DNA from: Porticoccaceae bacterium
Lineage (GTDB): Bacteria; Pseudomonadota; Gammaproteobacteria; Pseudomonadales; Porticoccaceae
DNA length: 64,000 bases
Assembly (NCBI GenBank): GCA_049890135.1
Contig: JBMHCB010000006.1
Location: 47,607 to 111,606 of the forward strand
Direction of reading: 5' to 3'
Below the pieces are notes generated by a model that was given only the letters and a program-made list of their open reading frames with translations, was not told the origin of the DNA and ran no database searches. Each line of letters begins with the position of its first letter. The first letter of the stretch is position 1. The position numbers and the translations under genes were made by a program. Below are positions 1 to 9,948 of the stretch, piece by piece.

Positions 1-67
1 AAAGCGGTTTTGAATTATCCAGCGCCGAGGTAGTCCTAGAAGCATTGTGATATCAAGTGTTAGGACT

Positions 68-97
68 AAAAAAGGCACCCATTGGGTGCCTTTTTTG
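68..97. terminator. Bidirectional rho-independent terminator hairpin just beyond the fabB stop
   Basis: GGCACCC (74-80), loop ATT, GGGTGCC (84-90). An A-run lies on the left and a T-run on the right, so a U-tract follows the stem on either strand. Confidence 0.6.
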
Positions 98-115
98 TGA
101 CGCTTAATTATCTAA

Positions 116-1330
116 TTAGCCGGAATATTTTTCCATAACCAAGGTAGCGTTGGTGCCGCCAAAGCCAAAGCTGTTAGACATCACACGGTTAAGCTGTTTG
201 TCTTTACTCTTTAGGACAATTGGCAAGCCCTCTGCTTTTTCGTCAAGATTGTCGATGTGAGCTGAGCCAGCAACAAAGTTATTTTCCATCATTAGCATGC
301 AGTAAATCGCCTCATGCACCCCAGCCGCACCCAAGCTATGGCCAGATAATGACTTGGTTGAGCTAATGTCTGGGCAATTATCGCCAAAGGTATTGTGAAT
401 AGCACCTAATTCAGCCAAATCGCCTACCGGTGTACTGGTACCATGAGTATTTAGGTAATCAATAGGCCCGTCGATATTTTCCATTGCCATCTTCATGCAA
501 CGCTCAGCGCCTTCACCAGAAGGAGCAACCATATCAGCTCCATCTGAAGTAGCGCCATAACCGGTGATTTCACAGATAATATTAGCGCCTCGGGCTAAGG
601 CATGCTCAAGCTCTTCAACTACGACTGTCCCAGCACCCAATCCAGGGGCAAAACCATCGCGATCGGCATCATAGGCGCGCGAGGCAACTTCTGGAGTCTC
701 ATTATATTTGCTAGTCAGTGCACCCATAGCATCAAACATGCCGGCCATAGACCAGTGCATATCTTCAGAGCCACCGGCTAAAAGGATATCTTGCTTGCCA
801 AGCTGAATCAGTTCTGCCGCGTGACCAATACAGTGAGCACTGGTAGCACAGGCCGAGGCGAGGGCGTAGTTAACGCCCTTAATTTTAAAGGGTGTAGCAA
901 CACAGGCTGAAACAGTACTCGCCATAATTTGCGTTACTCGATAAGGCCCTGCGCGTTTAATACCGCGTGCGCGCATTACATCGATGGTTTCGGTAAACAT
1001 TTCACCCGAAACGCCGCCAGAACCCATTACAAGGCCAGTTCTGGGGTTTGAAACCATGTCTTCGGTGAGGCCTGCATCAGCAATGGCTCGATCAGTGGCT
1101 ATATAGGCATAGGATGCAGAAGGGCCCATAAAGCGCATAATTTTTCTATCTATATGCTCACTTGGATCTATATCCAAAGTGGCGCCAACGTTGCATTTAA
1201 GGCCCATTTCAGCAAAATCTTCGCGATAGCGAATGCCTGAAATACCTTCTTTTAATGATTTTGCAACAGTTTCTCTGTCATTCCCAAGGCAAGAAACTAT
1301 TCCCAATCCAGTGATTACTACGCGTTTCAT
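116..1330 (-). CDS. fabB: Beta-ketoacyl-ACP synthase I (KAS I)
   Basis: 404-aa ORF with the condensing-enzyme motifs [12 protein letters not shown] (active-site Cys), [11 protein letters not shown] and [11 protein letters not shown]. It lies directly downstream of fabA, as in the gammaproteobacterial fabA-fabB operon. Confidence 0.93.
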   Translation of the reverse strand: MKRVVITGLGIVSCLGNDRETVAKSLKEGISGIRYREDFAEMGLKCNVGATLDIDPSEHIDRKIMRFMGPSASYAYIATDRAIADAGLTEDMVSNPRTGLVMGSGGVSGEMFTETIDVMRARGIKRAGPYRVTQIMASTVSACVATPFKIKGVNYALASACATSAHCIGHAAELIQLGKQDILLAGGSEDMHWSMAGMFDAMGALTSKYNETPEVASRAYDADRDGFAPGLGAGTVVVEELEHALARGANIICEITGYGATSDGADMVAPSGEGAERCMKMAMENIDGPIDYLNTHGTSTPVGDLAELGAIHNTFGDNCPDISSTKSLSGHSLGAAGVHEAIYCMLMMENNFVAGSAHIDNLDEKAEGLPIVLKSKDKQLNRVMSNSFGFGGTNATLVMEKYSG

Positions 1331-1368
1331 TGGTGGTCCTCTAATTCAATAGCTAACAGATAAATCTA

Positions 1369-1890
1369 CTAGAAATTTTCAGTATTTTCAAAAAGACCTA
1401 CTTTAAGATCTTTTGCTGTATATATTTCACGACCATCAACTTCAACGCTGCCATCAGCTATTCCCATAACCAATTTGCGTTGAATAAGGCGTGTTATATC
1501 AAGCTTATAAGTAACTTTCTTAGCATCAGGCAAAATTTGGCCAAAAAATTTAACCGTTCCAGCGCCGAGCGCTCGCCCTCTGCCTGGATTACCATTCCAC
1601 CCAAGGAAGAAGCCTACCAATTGCCATAGTGCATCAAGCCCAAGGCAGCCAGGCATAACTGGGTCACCCTTAAAGTGGCAGTCAAAAAACCAAAGGTCTG
1701 GCGTAATATCAATTTCCGCGATAATTTCACCGAGACCGTGGGAGCCGCCAGTATTGTTGATGGTAATGATTCTGTCGATCATCAGCATATTAGGCGCAGG
1801 AAGTTTTGCATTGCCAGGGCCAAATAATTCGCCGCGGCTACATTTTAAAATCTCTTCTTTTGAATAAGAAGATGCAGGTATAAAAGTCAT
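1369..1890 (-). CDS. fabA: 3-hydroxydecanoyl-ACP dehydratase/isomerase
   Basis: 173-aa ORF with the hot-dog active-site region [24 protein letters not shown]. It is paired with fabB. Confidence 0.93.
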   Translation of the reverse strand: MTFIPASSYSKEEILKCSRGELFGPGNAKLPAPNMLMIDRIITINNTGGSHGLGEIIAEIDITPDLWFFDCHFKGDPVMPGCLGLDALWQLVGFFLGWNGNPGRGRALGAGTVKFFGQILPDAKKVTYKLDITRLIQRKLVMGIADGSVEVDGREIYTAKDLKVGLFENTENF

Positions 1891-1991
1891 GGGATCCTTA
1901 TTGATCTACACAATGAAGGCGCATCGTAACTAGTTATTGTCTCTTCATCAATAGTTAAATACATAGAGTGCCTCTAATACCCATATTAGGG

Positions 1992-2020
1992 TTGACAGTA
2001 AGGGGTCGTCTGCCTAGCAT
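1992..2020 (+). promoter_or_regulatory. Candidate sigma70 promoter for ispB
   Basis: TTGACA (1992-1997), 17-nt spacer, TAGCAT (2015-2020), about 40 nt upstream of the ispB ATG. This is a pattern match only. Confidence 0.35.
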
Positions 2021-2058
2021 GCGGCATACATAAATTTAGTAGGTAGCCCAGTAAAAAA

Positions 2059-3015
2059 ATGGCTTTTTTCCATAATTCTGTCGCTGAAGAATTCCAATCG
2101 GTCAATCAACTTATTCTACAAAGCCTTAAGTCTGAAGTTGGTCTGGTTGAAAATATAGGCAGTTATATTGTTGATTCAGGCGGCAAAAGACTGCGACCTG
2201 TGCTTGTCTTGCTGAGCGCCATGGCCAATGGCTATTCTCAGGGTAAAGATCATATAAAAATTGCAGCAATTATCGAGTTTATCCATACAGCAACCTTGCT
2301 CCATGATGATGTGGTTGACGTGTCTGCGTTGCGAAGAGGGCGAGAGACTGCCAATGAGATATGGGGTAACGCGCCAAGCGTTCTAGTTGGAGACTTTTTG
2401 TATTCTCGTGCCTTTCAGATGTTGGTTGAAATTTCTGATATGACCATTATGAGTGTTTTTGCCGATGCGACAAATGTTATCTCAGAGGGTGAGGTTCAGC
2501 AGATGGCAAATGCAGGAAATCCCGATCTTATGGAATCAACCTACAAAGAAGTAATATATCGCAAGACAGCAAAGCTATTTGAAGCTGGTATGGAGTGTGG
2601 AGCTATTCTAGCTGGATCAGAAAGGCAGGCAATGAAAGATTATGGCATGCATTTAGGTATGGCATTCCAGATTGCTGATGATGTTTTGGATCTTCAAGGA
2701 GATGTCAGTGTCATCGGGAAAAATATCGGTGATGATCTTAGCGAAGGCAAAATGACGCTTCCAATGATCTATGCTCGAGAACATTCAAGTCCAGAGCATA
2801 AAGATATTCTTCGAGACGCAATTAGCAACAAATCATCTAAAGATTTTGATCAAATTTTAAAAATAGTCTCAGAAAGCGGAGGTTTAGACTATAGTTTGAA
2901 AAGAGCCAAAGAACATTCAGATCTCGCGCTTAAATCCCTTGAGGGTTTGCCAGAAAGCCAATACAAAAAAGTTTTGACCGAATTGGCAACCTTTGCCGTA
3001 TTAAGAAACACATAA
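2059..3015 (+). CDS. ispB: Octaprenyl-diphosphate synthase (trans-polyprenyl diphosphate synthase)
   Basis: 318 aa with two DDxxD motifs (LLHDDVVD and IADDVLD) and a typical length. Confidence 0.9.
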   Translation: MAFFHNSVAEEFQSVNQLILQSLKSEVGLVENIGSYIVDSGGKRLRPVLVLLSAMANGYSQGKDHIKIAAIIEFIHTATLLHDDVVDVSALRRGRETANEIWGNAPSVLVGDFLYSRAFQMLVEISDMTIMSVFADATNVISEGEVQQMANAGNPDLMESTYKEVIYRKTAKLFEAGMECGAILAGSERQAMKDYGMHLGMAFQIADDVLDLQGDVSVIGKNIGDDLSEGKMTLPMIYAREHSSPEHKDILRDAISNKSSKDFDQILKIVSESGGLDYSLKRAKEHSDLALKSLEGLPESQYKKVLTELATFAVLRNT

Positions 3016-3157
3016 TAATTGATGAAGCTACAATTTGTTGTCAGAACTTCAATCACTTTCTGATAACAAACAAGGCCTTATATTCATAACATATTCTCAC
3101 TCTCAGGTATTTTATTTAGAGTGATTTTGATAAACTTAGACTAAAATAAGAGTTCAC

Positions 3158-4372
3158 ATGAGTGAACGTTTTATCATTAAGGAGAATGACGTGATCATTG
3201 CAGTAACACGGGAACTAGTAACAGGAGAGAAAAGGGTTTCTTTATGCCCTAATAATGTCCAGTCGCTAATCGAAGCAGGTGCAGAACTGTGGATAGAGCA
3301 CGATGCTGGTGCTCAAGCAGGTTTTTCAGATACAGACTATCAATCAGTGGGTGCAAAAATTATCTCTGACCGAGATAAGCTTTTTGCCGGTGCCGATATC
3401 ATTCTACAGGTTCAAGGTTTTGGTTCTAACACCGAAAACGCTGAACAAGATCTTAAACGACTTAAAGCTAAACAGCTTATTATCGGCATGATGGACCCAT
3501 TAGCCCAACCGCAAGCAGCCAGTCAGGTCGCAAAAACAGGTGCTACAGCCATTGCTTTGGAAATGGTGCCGCGTATTAGCCGCGCCCAAAGTATGGATGT
3601 TCTTTCATCCATGGCAACTCTCGCCGGTTACAGATCAGTCCTACTTGGTGCAGAAGCGGCGCCAAGAATTTTACCTATGCTTATGACCGCAGCAGGCACG
3701 CTTCAGCCCGCTCGTGTACTTATTATGGGCGTCGGCGTTGCCGGCCTTCAGGCCTGTGCTACTGCTAAGCGCTTAGGAGCAGTTGTTGAGGCTTACGATG
3801 TTCGTCCTGCGGCCCGTGAACAAATTATTTCAGTTGGTGCAACGCCTGTAGAGTTGGACTTGCCAACCGAAAGTTCAGAAGGTGCTGGTGGCTATGCCAA
3901 AGAGCAGACCGAGGAGTTCCTTGAGCTACAAAGAAAATTAATGACTGAGGTGGTTGCTAGACAAGATATCATTATCACTACTGCCGCTGTTCCTGGCGCT
4001 AAATCACCTATTCTAGTTACCGAAGAGATGTTGAAAGCGATGAAATCTGGTTCAGTTGTTGTCGATATGGCTGCTGAAAGGGGTGGCAACTGTGAGCTAA
4101 CCAAAATGGGTCAGACAGTGGTTGAGCATGGCGTCACCATCTTAGGGCCAGAAAATATGGCATCAGATGTCGCCTATCATGCAAGCCAGATGTACGGAAA
4201 AAATATACAAACCCTTCTAGAGTTAATTCTTAAGGATGGAAATATTAACCTAGACTTTGATGACGAGATTATAGCTGGAACCGTGGTCGCTCATGATGGC
4301 GAAGTACCTCACCCGCATATGAGAAAGTTATTGGATTTACCGTCGCTAGATGTTGAACAGCAGAGCAAATAA
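3158..4372 (+). CDS. pntAA: NAD(P) transhydrogenase subunit alpha part 1 (dI)
   Basis: 404 aa with an alanine-dehydrogenase/PNT fold and the Rossmann motif VLIMGVGVAGLQA. It is followed by the small membrane part and pntB. Confidence 0.9.
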   Translation: MSERFIIKENDVIIAVTRELVTGEKRVSLCPNNVQSLIEAGAELWIEHDAGAQAGFSDTDYQSVGAKIISDRDKLFAGADIILQVQGFGSNTENAEQDLKRLKAKQLIIGMMDPLAQPQAASQVAKTGATAIALEMVPRISRAQSMDVLSSMATLAGYRSVLLGAEAAPRILPMLMTAAGTLQPARVLIMGVGVAGLQACATAKRLGAVVEAYDVRPAAREQIISVGATPVELDLPTESSEGAGGYAKEQTEEFLELQRKLMTEVVARQDIIITTAAVPGAKSPILVTEEMLKAMKSGSVVVDMAAERGGNCELTKMGQTVVEHGVTILGPENMASDVAYHASQMYGKNIQTLLELILKDGNINLDFDDEIIAGTVVAHDGEVPHPHMRKLLDLPSLDVEQQSK

Positions 4373-4384
4373 AGGACTTAGACA

Positions 4385-4666
4385 ATGGAAATTTTAATTT
4401 TACTACTCGCATTATTCGTATTGTCACTTTTTTTGGGGGTCGAGCTAATAGTAAAGGTTCCACCTACCTTGCATACGCCATTAATGTCTGGCACGAATGC
4501 CGTATCAGGTATTACCCTTGTAGGTGCACTTTTAGCGGCTGGATCAGACACAGCTCCCATGCTGGTTAATGTATTGGGCTTTTTGGCAGTTACCTTTGCC
4601 ACCATTAATGTAATTGGCGGCTATTTAGTGACTAACCGCATGCTCTCGATGTTTAAAAGGAAGTAA
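4385..4666 (+). CDS. pntAB: NAD(P) transhydrogenase subunit alpha part 2 (membrane dII-a)
   Basis: 93-aa, very hydrophobic ORF lying between pntAA and pntB with gaps of 12 and 3 nt. Confidence 0.85.
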   Translation: MEILILLLALFVLSLFLGVELIVKVPPTLHTPLMSGTNAVSGITLVGALLAAGSDTAPMLVNVLGFLAVTFATINVIGGYLVTNRMLSMFKRK

Positions 4667-4669
4667 GCT

Positions 4670-6115
4670 ATGAGTTCATCTATTGTAAATTTGGTTTATT
4701 TGATTGCTGGTATTCTGTTTATACTTGGCATCAAAGGCCTGACAAAGCCGTCTACAGCGGTTAGGGGTAATATGTTGTCCGCCTTAGGCATGCTGATTGC
4801 CGTGGTGGTTACATTACTTAATTCTGAGATTGTTAATTTCACCTACATTGTCGCAGGGGTTTTATTTGGTGGTGCAGTGGGTGCCTTTATGGCATTGCGC
4901 ATACAAATGACCTCAATGCCACAAATGGTTGCCTTGCTCAATGGCTTTGGCGGTGGCGCATCATTAACGATCGCTTCAGCTGAATATTTTTCAGTATTGG
5001 ATATACAGGCGCAGTCATTTGCCGACCTTTTAGTGCCGATGTCTGTTGGTCTAGACGCATTTGGTATAGGTGCAGAAGCACAGGTAACCCTAGTTTCTAT
5101 CGGCTTAACTATTCTTATTGGTGCAGTTACGCTGACCGGAAGTCTTGTTGCCTTTGCAAAATTACAGGGTTTGATTAAGAAAAATATTGGTCTTCCTGGA
5201 GGGCCAACAGGTAACGCACTATTGCTAATTGGCGGTCTTACTGCACTGGTTTGCATGGTAATTAATCCAGGGCAAGCAATCACAGTGATAACTTTGGTTG
5301 CGCTTGCATTGTTGCTAGGCTTGTTCTTGGTATTGCCTATTGGCGGTGCAGATATGCCGGTAGTGATTGCATTACTTAATTCCTATTCAGGACTGGCTGC
5401 TGCATTGGCAGGCTTTATTCTGGGCAATACTGTTCTTATTGTTGCAGGTTCTCTTGTAGGGACCTCTGGTCTGATTCTGACAAAGATTATGTGCGTTGCC
5501 ATGAATCGTTCTCTGGGCAATGTATTATTTGGCAAAATGGCAGCCGCGGGTGAATCGGTTGATGCCGATGAAATTTATGCGGGTAAGGTTACCAGTGCTC
5601 AGCCTGAAGAAGTGGCCATGATGATAGAAATAGCAAAGCGCGTGGTTATTGTTCCCGGTTATGGAATGGCCATGGCACAGGCTCAGCATGCAGTGCGCGA
5701 ACTAGCTGATTCTATGGAAAGTAGAGGTATAGAGGTTGAGTATGGAATTCACCCTGTTGCAGGTCGTATGCCGGGTCATATGAACGTCCTTTTGGCAGAA
5801 GCAGAAGTACCCTACGATAAATTAGTAGAGATGGATAGAATTAATCCAACCTTTGAAGAAACTGATGTGGTAATTGTGATTGGTGCCAATGATGTAACCA
5901 ATCCAATGGCGCGTGAAGCAGAGGGAAGTCCTATCTATGGTATGCCGATTCTGAATGTCGATAAAGCTAAAAATGTCGTGGTTATAAAGCGCTCGCTAAG
6001 CCCAGGGTTTGCCGGATTACCCAATCCATTGTTCGCAATGGATCATACACTCATGGTTTACGGTGATGGAAAGAAAGCAGTCATCGAAATGACTACAGCT
6101 TTAAATCAGAGTTAA
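4670..6115 (+). CDS. pntB: NAD(P) transhydrogenase subunit beta
   Basis: 481 aa. The N-terminal half is polytopic and the C-terminal dIII carries VIVPGYGMAMAQAQH and GANDVTNP. Confidence 0.93.
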   Translation: MSSSIVNLVYLIAGILFILGIKGLTKPSTAVRGNMLSALGMLIAVVVTLLNSEIVNFTYIVAGVLFGGAVGAFMALRIQMTSMPQMVALLNGFGGGASLTIASAEYFSVLDIQAQSFADLLVPMSVGLDAFGIGAEAQVTLVSIGLTILIGAVTLTGSLVAFAKLQGLIKKNIGLPGGPTGNALLLIGGLTALVCMVINPGQAITVITLVALALLLGLFLVLPIGGADMPVVIALLNSYSGLAAALAGFILGNTVLIVAGSLVGTSGLILTKIMCVAMNRSLGNVLFGKMAAAGESVDADEIYAGKVTSAQPEEVAMMIEIAKRVVIVPGYGMAMAQAQHAVRELADSMESRGIEVEYGIHPVAGRMPGHMNVLLAEAEVPYDKLVEMDRINPTFEETDVVIVIGANDVTNPMAREAEGSPIYGMPILNVDKAKNVVVIKRSLSPGFAGLPNPLFAMDHTLMVYGDGKKAVIEMTTALNQS

Positions 6116-6119
6116 ATCC

Positions 6120-6611
6120 TTACGCTTGTGGAGTCTCAACCAGAAAGGGTTCAGGCTCCATAAATACCAATCGCACTATAATGCAGTCAGTTTGTGGTTT
6201 GACTGCCATCATTAAAACATTAATATCCCCATCAATTTGAACGCCGCTAGGTATATTAAATAAAACCTCACCGGTGTCTTGATTGGTTAGTGTGCGCAAT
6301 GTTTTAAGTTCTTTGTCTTTGCGAGCCTCAGTTTCAAACTTTTGGAGTAGAGCGCGAAGAGCCACATCGAAATTGGGAAAGTTAAATTGACCAGAGTATT
6401 GCGCTTTATCTATTTCAATTTTTATGGGCACCACTTCCCCAGTTTTGTCCGATCTAAGTTGCCCACCCTGTAATACTTCACCCTGTTTAAGTTGCTTAAA
6501 CAGTTTTTTTGCATCATTTGGATTTTGCTTAATAAAACCGGCAACAATAAGATTTACCCCGATATTAAACAGCTTTCTTGGGTCAATATTAATATTCTGT
6601 TCGATTTCCAT
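6120..6611 (-). CDS. Hypothetical protein with no family recognised
   Basis: 163-aa ORF with no signal peptide, convergent on pntB with a 4-nt gap between the stop codons. The call rests only on ORF length and the lack of a competing frame. Confidence 0.5.
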   Translation of the reverse strand: MEIEQNINIDPRKLFNIGVNLIVAGFIKQNPNDAKKLFKQLKQGEVLQGGQLRSDKTGEVVPIKIEIDKAQYSGQFNFPNFDVALRALLQKFETEARKDKELKTLRTLTNQDTGEVLFNIPSGVQIDGDINVLMMAVKPQTDCIIVRLVFMEPEPFLVETPQA

Positions 6612-6663
6612 TATTGGCTACTCAGGTAATCTAAAAGGCTCTTAGAGAGCTTTATTGCTCAGT

Positions 6664-7767
6664 TTAGTCGATAAGATTATATTGACTACTCAAAACTCCA
6701 ATAATTTCAGCTTTTGGATTAGATGATAGTGGCAGTGGTTGCCCAGTTATCTTCTCAGCTAGACTCACATAAGTGTTAGATACTTCCATCATCATAGACT
6801 CGGGTAGCTCATTATCTCTAGCAAGAGCATAGCGTTCATCCATACGATTTTTATCCAATAGGATATCTGCGTCATCGAAGTGATTTAAAAGCAGCTGACG
6901 GAATACCTCTTTAGAGTTTTCCACAACAGAACCTTCTCTATATTTTGGGCCATCCCAAATCCGCGATGAATCAGGCGTGCCCACTTCATCCATGTAAATA
7001 AGCTTCTCATTGCCAGAGGCATCTTTTACATAACCAAATTCAAACTTAGTATCAACAAACACCTGATCCAGTTTGGTTAGTTCATCACTGATAACATCGA
7101 ACCCTTGCTCAAGTAATTTTTCGTACACATTGATATCTTCAAGGGAATTAAAATTAAACGCAGCATGATTATTTTCGATATCAGAGCGCGAAATATTCAC
7201 ATCATCAACTTCTGGAACACCTGGTATACCAGTAAGGATACCCTTAGTGGATGGGGTGATTAGAAGTTCAGGTAGTTTTTGATCCTTTTCAAGACCGTCA
7301 GGCAGTTCGATACCACAGAAGTTGCGCTCACCCTTAACGTAAGAACGCCACATAGAGCCAGTAATATACTGACGACAGATAGCTTCAATCATTACAGGCT
7401 TAGCTTTCTGAACAATCCACACCAATGGATGAGGGATATCTAGGATATGGCTATCAGCCAAACCATTTTCGCGAAACAATTTGAACCAATGATTAGAAAT
7501 AGCATTTAGCGCCGCGCCTTTGCCCGGCACACCCTGCATATTGCCTTCGCCTTTCCAGATGCATTCAAACGCAGAAATCCGATCGCTAATCACCATAATT
7601 GCCAACGGTGAGTCAGGCGCGACATCATAGTTATTTTCAGCAATCAGTCTGCGACTGTCTTCTTCAGTCAGCCAATAAACAGAGCGGACTTTGCCACTAT
7701 GTACAGGTAAATTTGTTCGGATTGGTAAATCATTGTTTACCGACAACACTTTGTCAGCGAGGCTCAT
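6664..7767 (-). CDS. purC: Phosphoribosylaminoimidazole-succinocarboxamide (SAICAR) synthase, long form
   Basis: 367 aa with the motifs [10 protein letters not shown] and [10 protein letters not shown]. Confidence 0.9.
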   Translation of the reverse strand: MSLADKVLSVNNDLPIRTNLPVHSGKVRSVYWLTEEDSRRLIAENNYDVAPDSPLAIMVISDRISAFECIWKGEGNMQGVPGKGAALNAISNHWFKLFRENGLADSHILDIPHPLVWIVQKAKPVMIEAICRQYITGSMWRSYVKGERNFCGIELPDGLEKDQKLPELLITPSTKGILTGIPGVPEVDDVNISRSDIENNHAAFNFNSLEDINVYEKLLEQGFDVISDELTKLDQVFVDTKFEFGYVKDASGNEKLIYMDEVGTPDSSRIWDGPKYREGSVVENSKEVFRQLLLNHFDDADILLDKNRMDERYALARDNELPESMMMEVSNTYVSLAEKITGQPLPLSSNPKAEIIGVLSSQYNLID

Positions 7768-7919
7768 AGTTTGTACCCAGATATAATGTTAAAAAAGATA
7801 AGTTAGAACTACTTAATCCATTATTTTATCAACACAACTGATGGCACGCAAAACAATCTAGACAGAATTCGATCTAACTGCGTACTATATTTATTAAAAT
7901 CTCTATTTAAAGGGTAAGA

Positions 7920-8816
7920 ATGAAAACAATTTTAGTGACAGGTGGTAGTGGGTTTATTGGAAGCCAATTTTGTAAAAAGGCTGCAACTAAAGACTGGCAG
8001 GTTATAGTACTAAGTAGAAAGCCTGTAAAGGCGGCAAACGTATTGCCCGAATCAGTACAGGTAATAAATGATTTAACCCAGATAAATCAGCCAATTGATA
8101 TTCTAATTAATCTTGCGGGAGAGCCCATAGCCGATCGGCGCTGGAGTGATAAGCGCAAAGCCACCATCATTCAAAGTCGCATTCAAACCACGCAAAAACT
8201 CTTTGAATATTTCAAGCATGTCGATATGCCACCCTCGGTTGTTGTCAGTGGTTCAGCCATTGGTTATTACGGAGGGGGTATAGCTAATAATCAACCTGTC
8301 ACCGAAGAAGGTTCTGTAGAGCCTAATTTTTCAAGCCAACTCTGTGCACAATGGGAGAAGACTGCACAGCAGTTTGAGCAGTTAGGCGCCCGAGTCTGTC
8401 TGTTGCGAACAGGTATAGTACTTGGAAATCAGGGCGTACTTAGCAAGCTTTTACCGGCGTTTAAGCTTGGTTTAGGCGGGCCAATCGCTACAGGCAAGCA
8501 GTGGATGCCGTGGGTCCATATCGAGGATATGGTCGAGATTATTGCCTATGCAATGCAAAATGACCTTAGCGGCCCTATAAATTGCACCGCACCAAACCCC
8601 GTTACTAATTATGAGTTTGCCAAAATATTAGGCAAGGTGCTTAAGCGGCCCGCCATAGCGCCCATGCCAGCCGCCATAGTTAAATTGTTGTTTGGTCAAA
8701 TGGGCGACGAGTTAATGGTTCAGGGGCAATGTGTTATGCCGCAAAAACTTCATCAATATGGATTTAAATTCTCCCATACCATCTTAGAGTCCGCATTATG
8801 TAATATTCTTAAATAG
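7920..8816 (+). CDS. NAD-dependent epimerase family protein (YfcH/TIGR01777-like)
   Basis: 298 aa with an N-terminal VTGGSGFIGS Rossmann motif and a conserved C-terminal extension typical of the YfcH family. Confidence 0.8.
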   Translation: MKTILVTGGSGFIGSQFCKKAATKDWQVIVLSRKPVKAANVLPESVQVINDLTQINQPIDILINLAGEPIADRRWSDKRKATIIQSRIQTTQKLFEYFKHVDMPPSVVVSGSAIGYYGGGIANNQPVTEEGSVEPNFSSQLCAQWEKTAQQFEQLGARVCLLRTGIVLGNQGVLSKLLPAFKLGLGGPIATGKQWMPWVHIEDMVEIIAYAMQNDLSGPINCTAPNPVTNYEFAKILGKVLKRPAIAPMPAAIVKLLFGQMGDELMVQGQCVMPQKLHQYGFKFSHTILESALCNILK

Positions 8817-9047
8817 CCTATTTCATCAGACAGCCAGCAACATCCCAGATGCTGGTGAGCTTGAGGATGATAAATTGTTTGTTAAAGATGGGCTTGATGC
8901 CTTTGATACCCTTGGGCTAATGCCTAAAGATAATATAATTAATGATGTTAAGCCATCGGTGATTCATGGTGAAATTATCAATGATCCATCACCTAATGCA
9001 AAATAGATCTGCCTTTAAATAGTCATACTGGCAAAGTAAAACAAAAG

Positions 9048-9097
9048 ACCGACCTGTAGTTCATTAAATAATGTAAACTATGGGTTGGTTTTTTTTG
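9048..9097 (+). terminator. Candidate rho-independent terminator ending the yfcH-like transcription unit
   Basis: ACCGACC (9048-9054) pairs with GGTTGGT (9083-9089, one G-T pair) around an inner TAGTT/AACTA stem, followed by a T8 run. Confidence 0.4.
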
Positions 9098-9116
9098 TAA
9101 TGAGTTTTGCTTTTTT

Positions 9117-9887
9117 ATGCTGCTTAATTATTCAGAACAGGGTAGTGGTCATCCTGTTTTTCTTATTCATGGCTTGTTTGGTTCTCTGTCTAATTTGGGT
9201 AATTTAGCCCGCCATTTGGCAGCTGATTATCGCGTTATTTCGGTGGATCTTCGCAATCATGGTGACTCGCCTCATGATGATGAAATGAGCCTATTTTCTA
9301 TGGCTGAAGACATTGTCGAATTGATGGACTTGTTAAAGTTATCAACTGGACATTTTGTCGGACATTCTCTGGGTGGCAAGGTGGCGATGCAATTGGCAAT
9401 GACTAATGCTGATAGGGTTAAAAGCCTGATTGTCGTCGATATAGCACCTGTTATTTATGAGGATAATAATATAAATATAATCAATGCTTTATATAATTTA
9501 TCTAATGTATTGATTGAAGATAGAAAGGCAGCAGATTCTTATTTGTCTGAACAAGGTGTTGAGCTTTCAGTGAGAGCTTTTTTGTTGAAAAACTTGTGTC
9601 GTTTATCTGCTGGTACGTTTGGTCTTAAGCTGAATATTAAGGCGATAAAACAGCATTACAAGACTCAGATTGCTGTTGCACCAAAGGGTGAAAATTTTGT
9701 AGGGCCATGCTTATTTATAAAGGGTGAAAATTCTACTTATATTGAGTCGCAACACCTGCCCGTTATTCAGTCTATTTTCCACGAATCTTCGGTGCATATT
9801 GTTGAGGCTGTGGGTCATTGGTTACATGCAGAAAAACCAGAATTATTTAATCAACTTGTTTCGCAATTTATTGGTGAAATTTCCTGA
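9117..9887 (+). CDS. Alpha/beta-fold hydrolase (YbfF-like esterase)
   Basis: 256 aa with HGLFGS, the nucleophile elbow GHSLGG and the C-terminal catalytic His in GHWLHAEKP. Confidence 0.8.
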   Translation: MLLNYSEQGSGHPVFLIHGLFGSLSNLGNLARHLAADYRVISVDLRNHGDSPHDDEMSLFSMAEDIVELMDLLKLSTGHFVGHSLGGKVAMQLAMTNADRVKSLIVVDIAPVIYEDNNINIINALYNLSNVLIEDRKAADSYLSEQGVELSVRAFLLKNLCRLSAGTFGLKLNIKAIKQHYKTQIAVAPKGENFVGPCLFIKGENSTYIESQHLPVIQSIFHESSVHIVEAVGHWLHAEKPELFNQLVSQFIGEIS

Positions 9888-9948
9888 ACAAGCTGATCAA
9901 TCCGTAGTAAAATGTCGCGATAAATCTTCGTAGTTAGGAGCTACTAAA

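Noticed and set aside
1-33. Possible 3' end of an upstream plus-strand CDS (frame 1 reads KAVLNYPAPR, then TAG).
   Set aside because: Ten codons at a window edge cannot be supported or identified.
4843-5283. Antisense ORF inside pntB. The same class includes 18601-19014, 19872-20174, 24709-25062, 30902-31285, 36864-37148, 43734-44039 and 50792-51040.
   Set aside because: All lie opposite or out of frame to genes with clear family motifs, so they are typical shadow ORFs.
7845-7860. ACGCAAAACAATCTAG upstream of purC as a PurR box.
   Set aside because: Only the first 7 nt match the ACGCAAACGTTTGCGT palindrome and the second half is missing, so it is likely chance.
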